Origin: Ginglymostoma cirratum
Lineage: Eukaryota
DNA: 64,000 nucleotides
Assembly (NCBI GenBank): GCA_024137785.1
Contig: JAHRHZ010000065.1
Span: 24,604,911 to 24,668,910 of the forward strand
Direction: 5' to 3'
In this document: positions 40,504 to 52,191 of the stretch, piece by piece
Position numbering within the stretch: the stretch's first letter is position 1
Layout of the letters: the number at the start of each line of letters is the position of its first letter
Position numbers and translations under genes: made by a program
Notes under the pieces: model-generated
Seen by the model: only the letters and a program-made list of their open reading frames with translations
What the model was told of the DNA's origin: nothing
Databases searched by the model: none

Positions 40504-40657
40504 CTGTCTTTCTTTGGCTTGGAAGCTGTTCGTACAGATATGAATCATACAGTTTCAATACTGTACAGAAAAGATTACAGCTTTCTTCACCTTTTCGTCA
40601 CAATAAATCAAGAAGTGTGGCTGCACGACTGTGTCTTTCCATTTTAGGGTTTTGTAA
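40504..40657 (-). CDS. CARD19: CARD19-like exon B1 (second half of CARD1), contains an in-frame TGA
   Basis: ttttaacag|154 nt|gtaaat, phase 0 to 1. Encodes LQNPKMERHSRAATLLDLL*RKGEESCNLFCTVLKLYDSYLYEQLPSQRKT versus human FRNPKASLRVRLCDLLSHLQRSGERDCQEFYRALYIHAQPLHSRLPSRHAL (17/51, recalled). Confidence 0.85.
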
Positions 40658-40946
40658 CTGTTAAAATCCAATGGAAACTTTACAGATTATTTATCAATAG
40701 GGTGTAAAAAAGAAGTGGGTAGTTCAGAACTAGAGCATTGCTGCAAATATCATATTTTGTTGAAGTTTTTTGTCATACGCTTATCAAGGCAAATGACAAG
40801 AATATACCGACAAAGCAGAAATATTCACACTGTATAAGAGAAGAGTGGTGGTCAGATGGCAAGTGGATACAGGCATTGCCATGGAGCATGCAGCAGTTAA
40901 TGTTTCCAGGGTTTGTGTAGATTTCAAACCAAACTCTGATTGATCA

Positions 40947-41165
40947 AAGATAAAACAGTGTGGACCTGGAAGAACACAGCAGGCCAGGTAGCATCAGAGG
41001 AAAACAAAAGTTGACGTTTCAGGTTAGGACCCTCCTTCAAAAAAAAAATTTCTGAAGGGTCTCATGTTAACTTTCCTGCTCCTCTGATCCCGCCTGGCCT
41101 GCTGCGCTCCTCCAACTCCACACTGTGTTATCTCAAACTCCAGCATCTGGAGTTCCTACTATTTC
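40947..41165. mobile_element. Short Penelope-derived inverted-repeat element (diverged)
   Basis: Head-to-head copies of the Penelope terminal sequence, with imperfect flanking direct repeats tctgat..atcaaag. Confidence 0.7.
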
Positions 41166-42399
41166 TGATCAATCAAAGCAGTGCCCTGAAAGATTAGCCA
41201 GCAAATGGTACCTATTCAGTTAAGTTGAAACAGTGCCACGCATGTATATGTTCTTTTTGTTTGTAAAGAACGGGGCCCTTTTATATACTATAAAAGCTAG
41301 TATATGTAGCTTTTATTACGTGCAAGTGAGAGCCTGACTGACATGCGTAATTTGATTGTCCTTGTAACTTATTGTACATTCAGGATTATTCAGCAAACGT
41401 TGTTCAGTTGCAGAATCACACCTAACATTAGGCACTGTATTGTGAGATTTGCAAGTGTAGGCTGATTTCGTATTGTTGGTACTAGCTTGTTGAGAATAGC
41501 CAAAGGGAAATGCTGTTTGATATGATCCGCTGTCTTTGGGACATACAGTCTACACACCGGCACAGAAATTCACAAGCCACTTTACTCATTTGTAATAGGC
41601 AGAATGTCCTTTTGGTTTGACAGCAGCATCCTATTAGTGGTGAATACCACTTGTGTTACTGCTGTGCAGTAGCAGCATGAAACGGTTGCTGAAACTTTTG
41701 AGATACCTCACCCTTCTAAAATCTCTGACAGGATGGGCACTTTTCAGGACCAACAGTGGCCATGCAAGGGCATTTGGTGAATTTGTGTGATACACAGGGA
41801 GAAATTATCTGAACAGCGAAGTCCCCATCCTGAAGGATGGTCTTGGTGTGCCCTCTTCAGCATCAACCTTGCATGGTGACCAAATGCCTTGAAATCAGGT
41901 TCTTTCACAAGTAGAGAATTGAGCGTATGCAAATTTTCCCCTTCATTTATAATCCGCGGGGAGAAATTTTACATAAACTGGTTGCTTAGATTCCATTCTA
42001 CAAAGGAGACGTGACACACACTGCTGTTAAATAATAAGTGTAATGTAATTTTGCTTTTTAAATGTTAGCTGGATTAGCCTAAATTGAGTCATAGAATCAT
42101 ACAGCATGGAAACAGACCCTTTGGTCCAACCAAAGTGCTGGCTAATATATTGAGTCGTATAATATATTGAGTCGGATTTCATATAATGAAGAAATATCAC
42201 AGTATTTCTGTGTAAATACTCATCAAAATAATTTATTAAATTTTCAATAATTTAGTTGTCATGCAGACAGAGCTAGGTGTGACAATGAATACACAAATAA
42301 AATCAGACACACAGCTGGACTCCATTGGGTCCCTGCAAGGTTACAGCACAGGAGATAACAACTTGTGAAATAGCACTCAACTTTAACTATCTAAAACAA

Positions 42400-43080
42400 T
42401 ATCTGCATCAGTAGTACTGGCGTGGAGATGGTCGAGAGTGTCATGTTTCTGGGAGTAATGATCACCAACAATCTGTCCTGGTCCACCGACGCCAACGTGA
42501 TGGTCAAGAAAGCACAGCAACGCCTCTGCTTCCTCAGGAAGCTAAGGAAATTCGGCATGCCCACAAAGATTCTTACCAATTTTTATAGGTGTACCATAGA
42601 AAGCATCCTATGCAGATATATCACAGCTGGGCTCAGCAACTGTTCTGCCCAAGACTGCAAGAAACAATAGAGGGTCATGAACACAGTCCAATCCATTAAG
42701 CAAACCAGCCTTCCATCCACTGACTACACCTATACTTCCCACTGCCTCAGGAAAGGAACCAACATAATTAAAGACCCTCCCACCCCGGTTATACTATCTT
42801 CCACCTTCTTCCATCAGACAGAAGATATAAAAGTTTGAATACAAGTACGAACAGATTCAAGAACAGCTTCTGCCCCGCTGTTATCAGACTTTTGAATGGA
42901 CCTCTCAAATGCTAATTTTGATCGCTCTCTCTGCACCTTCTGCACGGTTGTAACACTGTATTCTGCACTCTGTTCTGCTATCCTGATGCACTTTGCATGG
43001 TGCGATCTGCCTCTGTAGTACACAAAACAATCCTTTTCACTGTTTCTCTGTACATGTAACAACAATAAATCAAACTCAAA
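42400..43080 (+). mobile_element. Rex1/Babar LINE 3' fragment
   Basis: VESVMFLGVMITNNLSW..KKAQQRLCFLRKLRKF..LTNFYRCTIESIL; tail caataaatcaa. Confidence 0.85.
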
Positions 43081-43250
43081 ATAATAAATGTTATTTTAGT
43101 ATATTTTAGTTCAATAAGTTTAATTTAATAATTCACCTGCAGTATAAGTTTTTGGTAGAGATTATATTCACCCATGCATATAGTGCAACTATAAAAAAAA
43201 TGAAAAATACTACGAGATGGGCTAAACAATATAAAATTGTTGTATCTTAC

Positions 43251-43393
43251 CCTGTTGTATTCTCCACTGTTCAAAACAGGAGGCTCTGTTTTTGTCAAAT
43301 AAATAATAACCTGATTTAACAAAGTTTCATAGAGATCTCCCTCATTTGTAAAATACAGTCTGTCATTCTTCAGAGCATCTTTGCAGCTCTTTC
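43251..43393 (-). CDS. CARD19: CARD19-like exon A1 (first half of CARD1)
   Basis: tttttgttgcag|143 nt|gtaag, phase 1 to 0. Encodes KSCKDALKNDRLYFTNEGDLYETLLNQVIIYLTKTEPPVLNSGEYNR, ungapped against human QTYCDRLVQDTPFLTGHGRLSEQQVDRIILQLNRYYPQILTNKEAEK (12/47 identical, recalled). Confidence 0.88.
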
Positions 43394-44086
43394 CTGCAAC
43401 AAAAACAAAATGATTCGTAGCTGTACAATAAATTATTGTATGTATTGTATATTATGGAGGAGGTACAACTTTTAAATGGCATCGGGATGAGATATAAGAA
43501 TAGGAAGGATTTAGAGGCACATGGACCAAATGCTGTCAAATGGGACTAGGTCAGATTGTGATATCTGGTCGGCGAGGATGAGTGAGACTGAAGGCTCTCT
43601 TTCCGTGCTGCAAATTAAACTTTGACTCTATGACTTTTATTTTGTTGAGATATTTTCTGTTAATTGGTGTCAGATCATATGTAAAACATATTCCACAGCT
43701 AAAATCTGGCAGCTGTTTATAAAAACAGGTTTTAAATTATATCTCAAGGAACATTTCCTCACTTTCTCTCATTATCATGGGATTTGAATGCAACAAATAT
43801 TAAAATTTGTACTTTCATTTTTTTTATTTCCAGCTTCAATGCAATAAAAAAAATCTTTTCCAGCAAGTTCCGACACAATGGGGGTAACTTTCATTCGTGG
43901 CTTCCCGGTTCAAGCCTAGAAAAATGAGCAGCCCATAACAACATACCAGGAGGGCACACTGAACACTCAGCTGACTGCAAAGCGTATCTAATGTGAACAT
44001 TTGAATGGGCAAACACCCATCCTATCTTCCTAAAACAGATGAGGTTGGTTTAAATTTATAGTTCAAGGGTCATAATCAGTAATATA

Positions 44087-44440
44087 GGGTGGTACAGTGG
44101 CTCACCGATTAGCACTTACCGCCTCTCAGTACCAGGGACCCAGACTGGATTCCTGCCTTGGGTGACTATCTGTGTGGAGTTTGCAAATTCTCAGGGTCTG
44201 CGTGGCTTTCTGTTGGATGATCCAATTTCCTCCCATAGTCCAAAGGTGTGTAGGTTTGGTGGATTGAACACTGTAAAGTGTCTATTGCGTCCAGGGATGT
44301 GTAAGCTAGGTGGATTAGCCATGGAAAATGCAGGGTTACGGGAACAGAGTAGGGGTCTGGGTGGGATGCTCCTTGAAGGCTTGGTGCAGACTTGATGGGC
44401 CGATTGGCCTCTTTCCACTCTGAAGAGATCTATTCTATGA
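44087..44440 (+). mobile_element. HE1-like V-SINE
   Basis: Same family as the copies at 24552 and 37105, with a CR1-like tail. Confidence 0.85.
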
Positions 44441-44959
44441 TTGGAAGTTTGATCACAAATTTCACATGCAACAAGGCCATGTGTAACCAATGCCCTTCAA
44501 AGTGCTCAAACAACAGACCAGAAAAATAGCACGAGTGCTTCGACTGAGCCCACAAGATCAAGTTCCATTCCACCCCTCCCCCCATAACTCCTTTCAAAAT
44601 ACTAAAAGAAAATCAATCCAATCACCCCTTTAAATGTCTATATTCCAGAGAACATAAGCCTGGTTTACGAATTTCCCTTCATAACCTTCCAAACACTGGT
44701 GACATTCTAATAAATCTACAATATATTTGTTCCAAGGCAAATGCATTTAGATCTTGCATGATGTTTGTAGTGGCATTCCAGAAAAGTGTAACAACAAGTG
44801 AAACAGCATTAAGCAAATCAAATCTCTCCATTACAACCAATGTTAAAACTGTAATTAGTTTCAGTATGAGTTTTCATACTGAAATGTTACATTAAAGCAA
44901 TAATAACATTATTGGTTTAATGCATACAAAATAACATTAAAGCAATATAGCCTGTGAAT

Positions 44960-45510
44960 TGATGTGGAGGTGCCAGTGTCGGACTGGGGTGGACAAAGTC
45001 AGAAGTCACACAATCCCGGGTTATAGTCCAACAGGTTTATTTGGAATCACACAAGCTTTTGGAGCACAGCCCCTTCATCAGGTGCAATGAGACAGCAGGC
45101 CACACAGACACAGAGTTTATAGGCAGAGAGATCAAAAGATCATATAACTAGTGTATATGGAGTGTCAAGTGATAAGTCTCTGCAGGTGACCAAGAGTGTT
45201 AGATGGTGTGTAAAGTGTTTATAAAGTCAATGTCAGTGCTGTACTATCATGACAAGCAGGCAGAGCCACAGGAATATACAAAAGGTCAGATCTCAGGTCA
45301 GACTCTGAATTGTAGGTGTGAGGCTTTGTTCAGAATCTGTGTCAGAGTTTTAACCTGGAATCAGGCCGGTTTTATTCCAAAGATGAAATTTATAAGATGC
45401 CATGCTGACTGATTGTGACTACAAATTATGTATTTTTTGAACAAAATAGAATGTATCTGCAAATAGGCAAACTTCTTGGATGGAATGATTCACCCCATAG
45501 ATTTGTGTGT
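44960..45510 (-). mobile_element. Second Penelope-like family fragment
   Basis: Minus strand cctgatgaaggggctgtgctccaaaagc..acctgttggactataac. A related plus-strand copy lies at 49270-49480. Confidence 0.5.
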
Positions 45511-45954
45511 GTGTGTGTGTGAGAGTGAGAGAGGGAGTGTGTGTGTGAGTAGGGGGAAATGGAGAGATGGGGAGGATTGAACAGGGGAGAGATGGGGAGA
45601 TGGGGGGATTAAATGGGGGGGTGAGATGGGGAGAATTGAGTAGGGGAGGGGGGAGATGGGATGGATTGGGTAGGGGAGAGGTGGAGAGATGGGGAGGATT
45701 GATAAGGGAGATGTGGGGAGATGGGGAGGATTGAGCAAGGGAGAGGTGGAGAAATGGGGAGGATTGGTGAGGACATGGGGGGATTGAGTAGGGGAGAGGT
45801 GGGGAGATGACGAGGATTGAGTCGAGGAGAGGTGGGGAGATGGGGAGGCATTGAGTAGGGGAGAGATGGGAAGATGGGTAAGATTGATAGTGGAGAGGTG
45901 GAGAGATGGGGAAGATTGAGTGGGTGGAGAGTAGGTGGCGAGACGGAGAGGAAT
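45500..45954 (+). repeat. (TG)n plus G-rich purine minisatellite
   Basis: Imperfect units of about 30-35 nt, gagtaggggagaggtggggagatggggaggatt; similar sequence resumes after 46626. Confidence 0.8.
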
Positions 45955-46626
45955 TGTTATGGACCAGACCAAACTCCCTTCAAATATATCAAGGAGATGG
46001 CCTAGACCCTAACTTTTATCTTAATTAAAGGCAACTATAAGGTACTTTGTTCCAGATGTAATTCAATTGATTACACTACTCAGCTTTATTCTTACCCTAT
46101 GGTTAAAGTACAAATAAAAGAAGGGAGAATTGCTCCAGCTTTAACCCTATTGGAAAACTTAACACAATAATAGATTAGTTAACTACTGAGCAGCAACTGT
46201 TCTATACGGTAACATCCCACAAACACACCCTTGGCAAAGTCAAATTCAGCAAAACAGAGTGTCTCACATGTAAGTTTCTCCAGAGCAGGAGGAGAAAACA
46301 TCCAGCAAAAATTCTGGAAGAACAAAGAAAAAAGGGGAAAAAAAACAAAGACAAAGAAAACGCAAGCGTTTTGCTGTAGCAGGGAGAGAGGTATAGTCGC
46401 TTCAAAACTCCAACTACTGAAAGCTAAATAAAAACCCTGGTTTTGTGGGAGCCTGACTCCACCCATTCATGCTGCTTCTGTTGTTCCAACTTAAAAAAAA
46501 ACACAAGGCATCACAAGCTGTTTATTTTATTGGCTTTGAACAGGCTGCTTTGTACCTCTGTCTCATATTTTCTTCATAAACATAAAAAGGACAGAATACA
46601 CCTCTTAAAGCCATAGTACTGTCACA
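45955..46626 (-). mobile_element. Probable solo LTR
   Basis: TGT...ACA termini (tgttatgg / actgtcaca), about 670 bp, with AATAAA on the minus strand. Interrupts the G-rich repeat. No clean TSD. Confidence 0.5.
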
Positions 46627-46839
46627 AAGGAGGTGGGGAGATGGGGAGGCGGCAAGTGGGACGGAGGTGGAGATAGCAAGAGACAGTGAGCAGGAGAGAG
46701 TTGGGGAGCGGGAGGATCAATGAGCAGGGGAAGACCAATTCAGAGTGACGTTGATTAGGTCCCACTATGGATCCTTATGTTCACCCATTGCCACCCCCAG
46801 AGCTGTTATGACAAGTGTTGCTTTTAGCAACCATGTCCC

Positions 46840-47225
46840 CCATTCTCAGACCTACTATCACATTACACGGTTTGCTTTCAGCACAGACTACCCATTTGCT
46901 ACTACCTTCTGCTCTCATTATCACTTATTCAGCTTCCCCTCTGTCCTGGCCTTCCATCCATAATCCCCTAGTTTACCTACCCCTTTCATATCCCTCTCTC
47001 CACCTGGGCTCTATCTCAACCCATCCGCTCCCTTCCCCCTTCCTCCTTCCCCCAACCTCTCTTGTCTTCAGCATCAAAACCACTTATTCCTAGCTGCTAT
47101 CAGTTCTGATGAACAGTCACCAGACTCAAAACCTTAACTCTGCCTTCTTGCCAGAAATGCTGTCAGACCTGCTGAGTTCCATGAGCAATTTCTGTTTTTG
47201 TTTCAGATCTCCAGTTTTTTGTTTT
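46840..47225 (+). mobile_element. Diverged Penelope-type 3' end
   Basis: C-rich tract, then ctgatgaacagtcaccagactcaaaac and a tail related to 4762-4945. Confidence 0.55.
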
Positions 47226-47754
47226 GTATAAATAGTTGAGACTCAGCATCGATCCCTGTGGAACTTCACAGCACACGTAGTGCATCCAAATTTCCAAGAG
47301 ACATTTAACAGACATAAAGATTACTAGAGTCACAGAGTCATATTACAGAAGAAAAGACCCCATTTTGTTAGGGGTGATACATTACCATGGGAAGAGCATT
47401 CACTAATTAACAGGAAACAGAATCAGGGTTATGGTTTGGCATTCTCATCCACCGAGGGGTTATTGACTGCATTCGAGACTGAATAATTTCGATTTCAATT
47501 TGATCGATATGGGAGTTAATTGTTCTGGGGGACAGGTAAGAAAGTGGAATTAAGATCACAATCAAATGGTCCCAATGGCCCACCTTCTATTTCTTATGAT
47601 TTCAGGGTTGCTGTTGCCTTTAGACACTCTGGCTGGGTTTTGCTGCTGTATTGATGTATCATGTATGTCAGTGCTGTGTTTCTCAAGTGCAGGTTATATG
47701 ACACATGGTATCCTTTCAGAACATGAGTTACTCCCGTTCTACCTAAATACTCAC

Positions 47755-47809
47755 GATTTTGGTATAACCCAGAGAAACAGGACGTTTGATGATGCGACAG
47801 ATTGTACGC
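47755..47809 (-). CDS. Candidate 55-nt upstream exon of the CARD19-like gene
   Basis: ttgttgcag|55 nt|gtgagt, phase 0 to 1, AYNLSHHQTSCFSGLYQN. Could also be 5'UTR. Confidence 0.4.
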
Positions 47810-48479
47810 CTGCAACAACTAGAATCCTAGTCACGTTTAATATGCTACAAGCATCAAATTAGCAGCATAAATACATTTTCTAATCTTTTATCATGCATCC
47901 GTTTTAAACGTGCTACTTAGTTTAAATCGGACCAATACTCTGCCCTTTTACCGCCATGTACAGATAAATGACATAACTCTTACCTTCTATTAGTTTCACA
48001 GCCTCTCGTAAATTTCTGCTACTTCGGCTTTTCGCTTTAGCTGTCAGACCGTCCAGACAGTGCTCACAAACCAATCTCCTTGTTGGGGTCAGACCCGGAA
48101 AACACGGACATCGGCTCAGATTTACAACATTTTTCACCGACAGAGAATTCTCTCTTGCGCCACCAATTGAGGAATTGCAAAGGGTTCTTTTTATTTAAAC
48201 ATTATGCGCAGAAAATCTCTTGAGGCTCATCCTATTTATTAGAATTCATGTCAAATATTTACGTAAATTATTTCTCAACATTTTAATTTAGCTCCAGGTA
48301 AATTTTGAAAATGCTCAGGAGGTCAAACGGGATATTAAAAGCGCCTAAACTGGGTATTACAACTGCCAAACGACCCAATAGGCGAGGTCCGTGTTGTGAA
48401 ATGTTAAGCCATCCACACCAATGTAGTTTCCTGCTTCAGGGGTCTCACTGCCAGTATTCGGATCAGACACAAGACTCAC

Positions 48480-48560
48480 GGAAGAATTGCAGTATGAAAA
48501 GGCTGTTTGTGGTACAGATGGTGTTCGAGTGCCACCTGCTCTAAATGTCTGCAATAACAT
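48480..48560 (-). CDS. Candidate first coding exon of the CARD19-like gene
   Basis: ATG at 48560, 27 codons MLLQTFRAGGTRTPSVPQTAFSYCNSS, donor gtgagt (phase 0). Phase-compatible with 47755-47809 and then A1. Confidence 0.3.
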
Positions 48561-50036
48561 CTCTGCGCAGGTTAATTAGAAAATATCTAGAATTAACATG
48601 TAACATGCTAATCATTTGATTCTTTGAATTGACTAAAGGAGATAAGAAATAACTCGCATTTACTTAACAACATTCATACTCTCAGGACATATTAAAGTGT
48701 TTCATGGCCTATTAATTTTTAATTCCATTATTTTGTTTGGTAGGAATAGTATATAAATGCCTTCATATCAGTTAGTTAAATGAATGTTAATATTTTCAAT
48801 CAATTATTGATTGTTTTTTCCCTAGATATGCTGGTGCAGTGGTGCTACTGGTCTAGTCATTGGTCTGCAAATAACATAGAAAACTAAAGCGCAAATTACG
48901 TAATGGTGATTTGAAAATTTGACATTAGTTGTAAAATTTTTCAAATAAAACTTTAGTACAAGTAAAATGACCATTATGTTGCCAACAAGCCCAACTGGTT
49001 CACCGGTATCTTTTGAGAAAGCAATCTATCCCTTTCTGTGATTATGCGATTCCAGTCTGCAGTGGATGACCATGATGTTACCTGCAAATTACACCTCTCC
49101 ATAGACTACTGCAGCACAGATTATAACACTTCAGTTAGGAAACCCAAAAGCAACCTTTCAGGCAACTAGGAATGCTGGTATTTTCGTCCATTCCTAATGA
49201 AGCCAACATACTGAGAACAACTTTTTCAAAAAAATTGGAGAACTTACTCCTTCTAAAATCTTTGCATATTAAATCCTTTCTAACTGATTAAAGGTTTAAC
49301 GGCCATCTTCGGTCTGATCAACACATCCACATCAGTTCTATGACCTTTTGATCTTTTGCTTATAAATTCTGTGTCGGATGTCACCTCTCTCACTGAAACC
49401 TGTAAAAGGACCGGGACTCCGAAAGCTTGTCTTCAAATAAACCTGTTGGACTATAGCCTGGTGTCATGTGATTTTTGGCCTTTCAACATACTTGCTACCA
49501 GATTTCCTTCTTTTAATAGATGGAAGGGCAGTTAAGAAGGAAAACTACTTAATATTGCCTAGAATTGTTGTAATCAGGAAACTCAGTTTATTCTTACCAT
49601 TAAATAATTTGCCACAAGACATTGTCATTTCCTGCAGCCTGCAAAAATCAAGAAAACCTGTTCATGAAAAGCAACCAAGCCTGTTGCTGCGTTAAAACCA
49701 CAATATTTACCCAAGCTTTGCTGCAAATCTGTCAGTAAATTCTTAGAGCAGCATAGGGCTTACTGGACTCTTCCATTTCATTTTCTTCTAGACCAAACAA
49801 AAACTGAAGCCTAAAATGCATCTTCAAATTACGTCAACTATTGTTACAGAGACATGTTATACTAAACATTGTTTGGATGACTTACATTTTGAAGAATGTG
49901 GGAAATGAAATTTATTTCAAGGTTTGTAGAACTACATAGAGTGATTCCTTTGAAAAAAGTCAGTAAGAGTTCACTGCAGATATTGTAGATGTGTTTTAAA
50001 CAAAACCTTTTAGCAATCCCAAGACTGATGATGAGA

Positions 50037-50165
50037 GAGATAGTAGGAACTGTAGATGCTGGAGAATCTGAGATAACAAGGTGTAGAGCTGGATGAACAC
50101 AGCAGGCCAAGCAGCATCAGAGGAGCAGGAAGGCTGACGTTTCGAGCCTAGACCCTTCTTCATTT
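50037..50165 (-). mobile_element. Mini Penelope terminal fragment
   Basis: Same family as 24945-25075. Confidence 0.8.
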
Positions 50166-50465
50166 CTGAATGAAGAAAGTTAGCAAGTCAGTTAGGAAGG
50201 CTCTGGTCAGACCGCATTTGGAATATTGTGAGCAGTTTTGAGCCCTGTATCAAAGGAAGGATGTGCTGGCCTCAGAGGGAGTCCAGAAGAGGTTACAAGA
50301 ATGATTCCAAAGGTGAAGGATGTGTCATCTGGGGAGTGGTTGAGGCCTATGGGTTGTGCTTAATGGAGTTTAGAATGATGAGGGGGAATCTGACTGAAAT
50401 TTACAGACTACTGAGAGCCCTGGATCAAATGGATGTGGAGATGTTTCCACATCTTCACTGGTAGG
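50166..50465 (+). mobile_element. CR1 LINE fragment
   Basis: ALVRPHLEYCEQF, MRGNLTEIYR. Confidence 0.75.
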
Positions 50466-51589
50466 ACCTGAAAGCAGAAGTTTTGTTTTGATAATAATTG
50501 TTTCATATAAAATTTGATCGATAGCTCATTTTGTTTAAAATATGATATAAATGAATTATTTAATTGGTTGTCCTGGTAACTGGAAAAAGTATTTATATTT
50601 TTATGTGATCTGTGGAGTATTGGGGCTAAAACAATGACGCAATCCTCAAGAATGGTCATAATCAACATTCTTTCCAAACCGGAGTTTTTGTGCGTTCCAA
50701 TCGGAGTGCTGATACATCAGCTTCCCTTCCAGAAGCTGCTGCAGTATACAGACCTCTGAGGTCAATGCAGCAAAAAGAAATGTGAGAGGAAATGCTGGCT
50801 GTACTACTAAAAACAGTAGCTAGAACTCAAAAATATCAATGGAATCCTCTCCATCTTGTTTCAGCTGTGAGTTAACTTTACATGGAAGCTGATAGACTGA
50901 GGTAACAAAGATGATAGCACGGAACATAAAATACACTTTCTCCATTTAAAACAGTGATTGCGACTACCTCAGTTATATAACGGCAATTAAATTACAGGAA
51001 CACTCAAAACACATTATACATTAAGCTAAGTGTAACAGAATAAAGCAACACTATTTTAATTACCATTCCAGCAGTTGATGTTGTAATTCTGTTGTTGCAG
51101 TGTAACAAGCATATAAATCCCTTTTGAGCTCATGATTCATTCCAAGTCTGAGGTAAGAAATGAATTATTCCTGTGCCAATGCTGTCAAACCTCAAATAAT
51201 TAAGTTTTTAAAATGTTACCAGGTCAAGGTTAGGAGTAATAAGCACAGGGGAGCTTTGAGTGATACAAAGATTGATTTATAGTATTGTATTCAATAAAAC
51301 ATTATACACAGCAGCTCTTTCTTTTACTTTGATTTTCTCCAATGAATGTGTAACATTTATAATATCGGCACATTTATAATATTGCAGTTTCACGTTTTGA
51401 ATTCAGTGCCCATTTAATATGTAGCATTTGATTCTGTTAGTTTCTTTAAAAAATTATACACATTCATGGATTATGCAAATAAATTCGTAGGTAGGAACTG
51501 CCAATAACACAACAGTCAGATTGCAGCAAAGTAAAGTTCATTCAAATTCAGAATTTTAATTTTAAGGAAAATGGAATAAGATAAATGAC

Positions 51590-52172
51590 TATATTGACAG
51601 TACAAAAGCAGGGAAGTTATGCTGAACCTTAATAAAACATTGGTTTGATCATAACTAGTGTATCATCCCCAGCTCTGGTCATCACACTTTAGAAAGGATA
51701 TTAAAGTCTCTTTCAGAGTACAAGGAGATTTACCAGAATGCTTTCAGGTCTGAGGAACTTAGCTACAAAGTTATATTGGAGAAGCTAGTGTTGTTTTGCA
51801 AATTAGGTCAAGGGAGACTGATAGTGGATTACAAGATTATGACAGGTTTAGATAAGAAGGAAAAAGCTATTCCTGTTGGCTAATGGTATAGGGACTGGAT
51901 GTCACTGATTCAAGGCTTTAAATTCTAATGTGTACAGAATGTGAGAAAAAACATGTTTTATTCAGTGAATGATAATGACTGGGAATGTAGTGTTTATGAG
52001 GGTGGTAGAAGTGGAGATGTATAACAATTCCTAAAGGAAATTGGATAGGCACTTCAGGAAAATAAACTTGCACAGTTAGAGACTAGAATAGGAAATGAGA
52101 TTTAATGCTTCGCTCTACAGAGTACAGGCTGGATGTAAAGGACTAACTGGCTTTTTTTGTACTGTTGTGACT
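51590..52172 (+). mobile_element. CR1 LINE 3' fragment
   Basis: YKSREVMLNL; related to 20300-20900. Confidence 0.7.
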
Positions 52173-52191
52173 CCAGGAACACTGGCAAATT

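Larger units (their letters stand above)
34973..48560 (-). pseudogene. CARD19: Tandem twin-CARD CARD19/BinCARD-like gene (spliced; premature stop in this assembly; 5' and 3' limits uncertain)
   Basis: Four AG..GT-bounded exons form two CARD19-type CARDs, colinear without gaps with human CARD19 as recalled (about 30% identity). In-frame TGA at 40598-40600. Probably a divergent paralog rather than the 1:1 ortholog. Confidence 0.7.
47750..48570. promoter_or_regulatory. CpG-enriched probable promoter / 5' exon region
   Basis: Visibly higher CpG density than the flanking unique DNA. CCAAT boxes (48163, 48376, 48418), a CCGGAA ETS-like core (about 48095) and three minus-strand donor sites (47754, about 47983, 48479). 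Confidence 0.5.

Noticed and set aside
45490-45972. 160-aa Pro/Ser/Leu-rich ORF
   Set aside because: Translation of the G-rich minisatellite.
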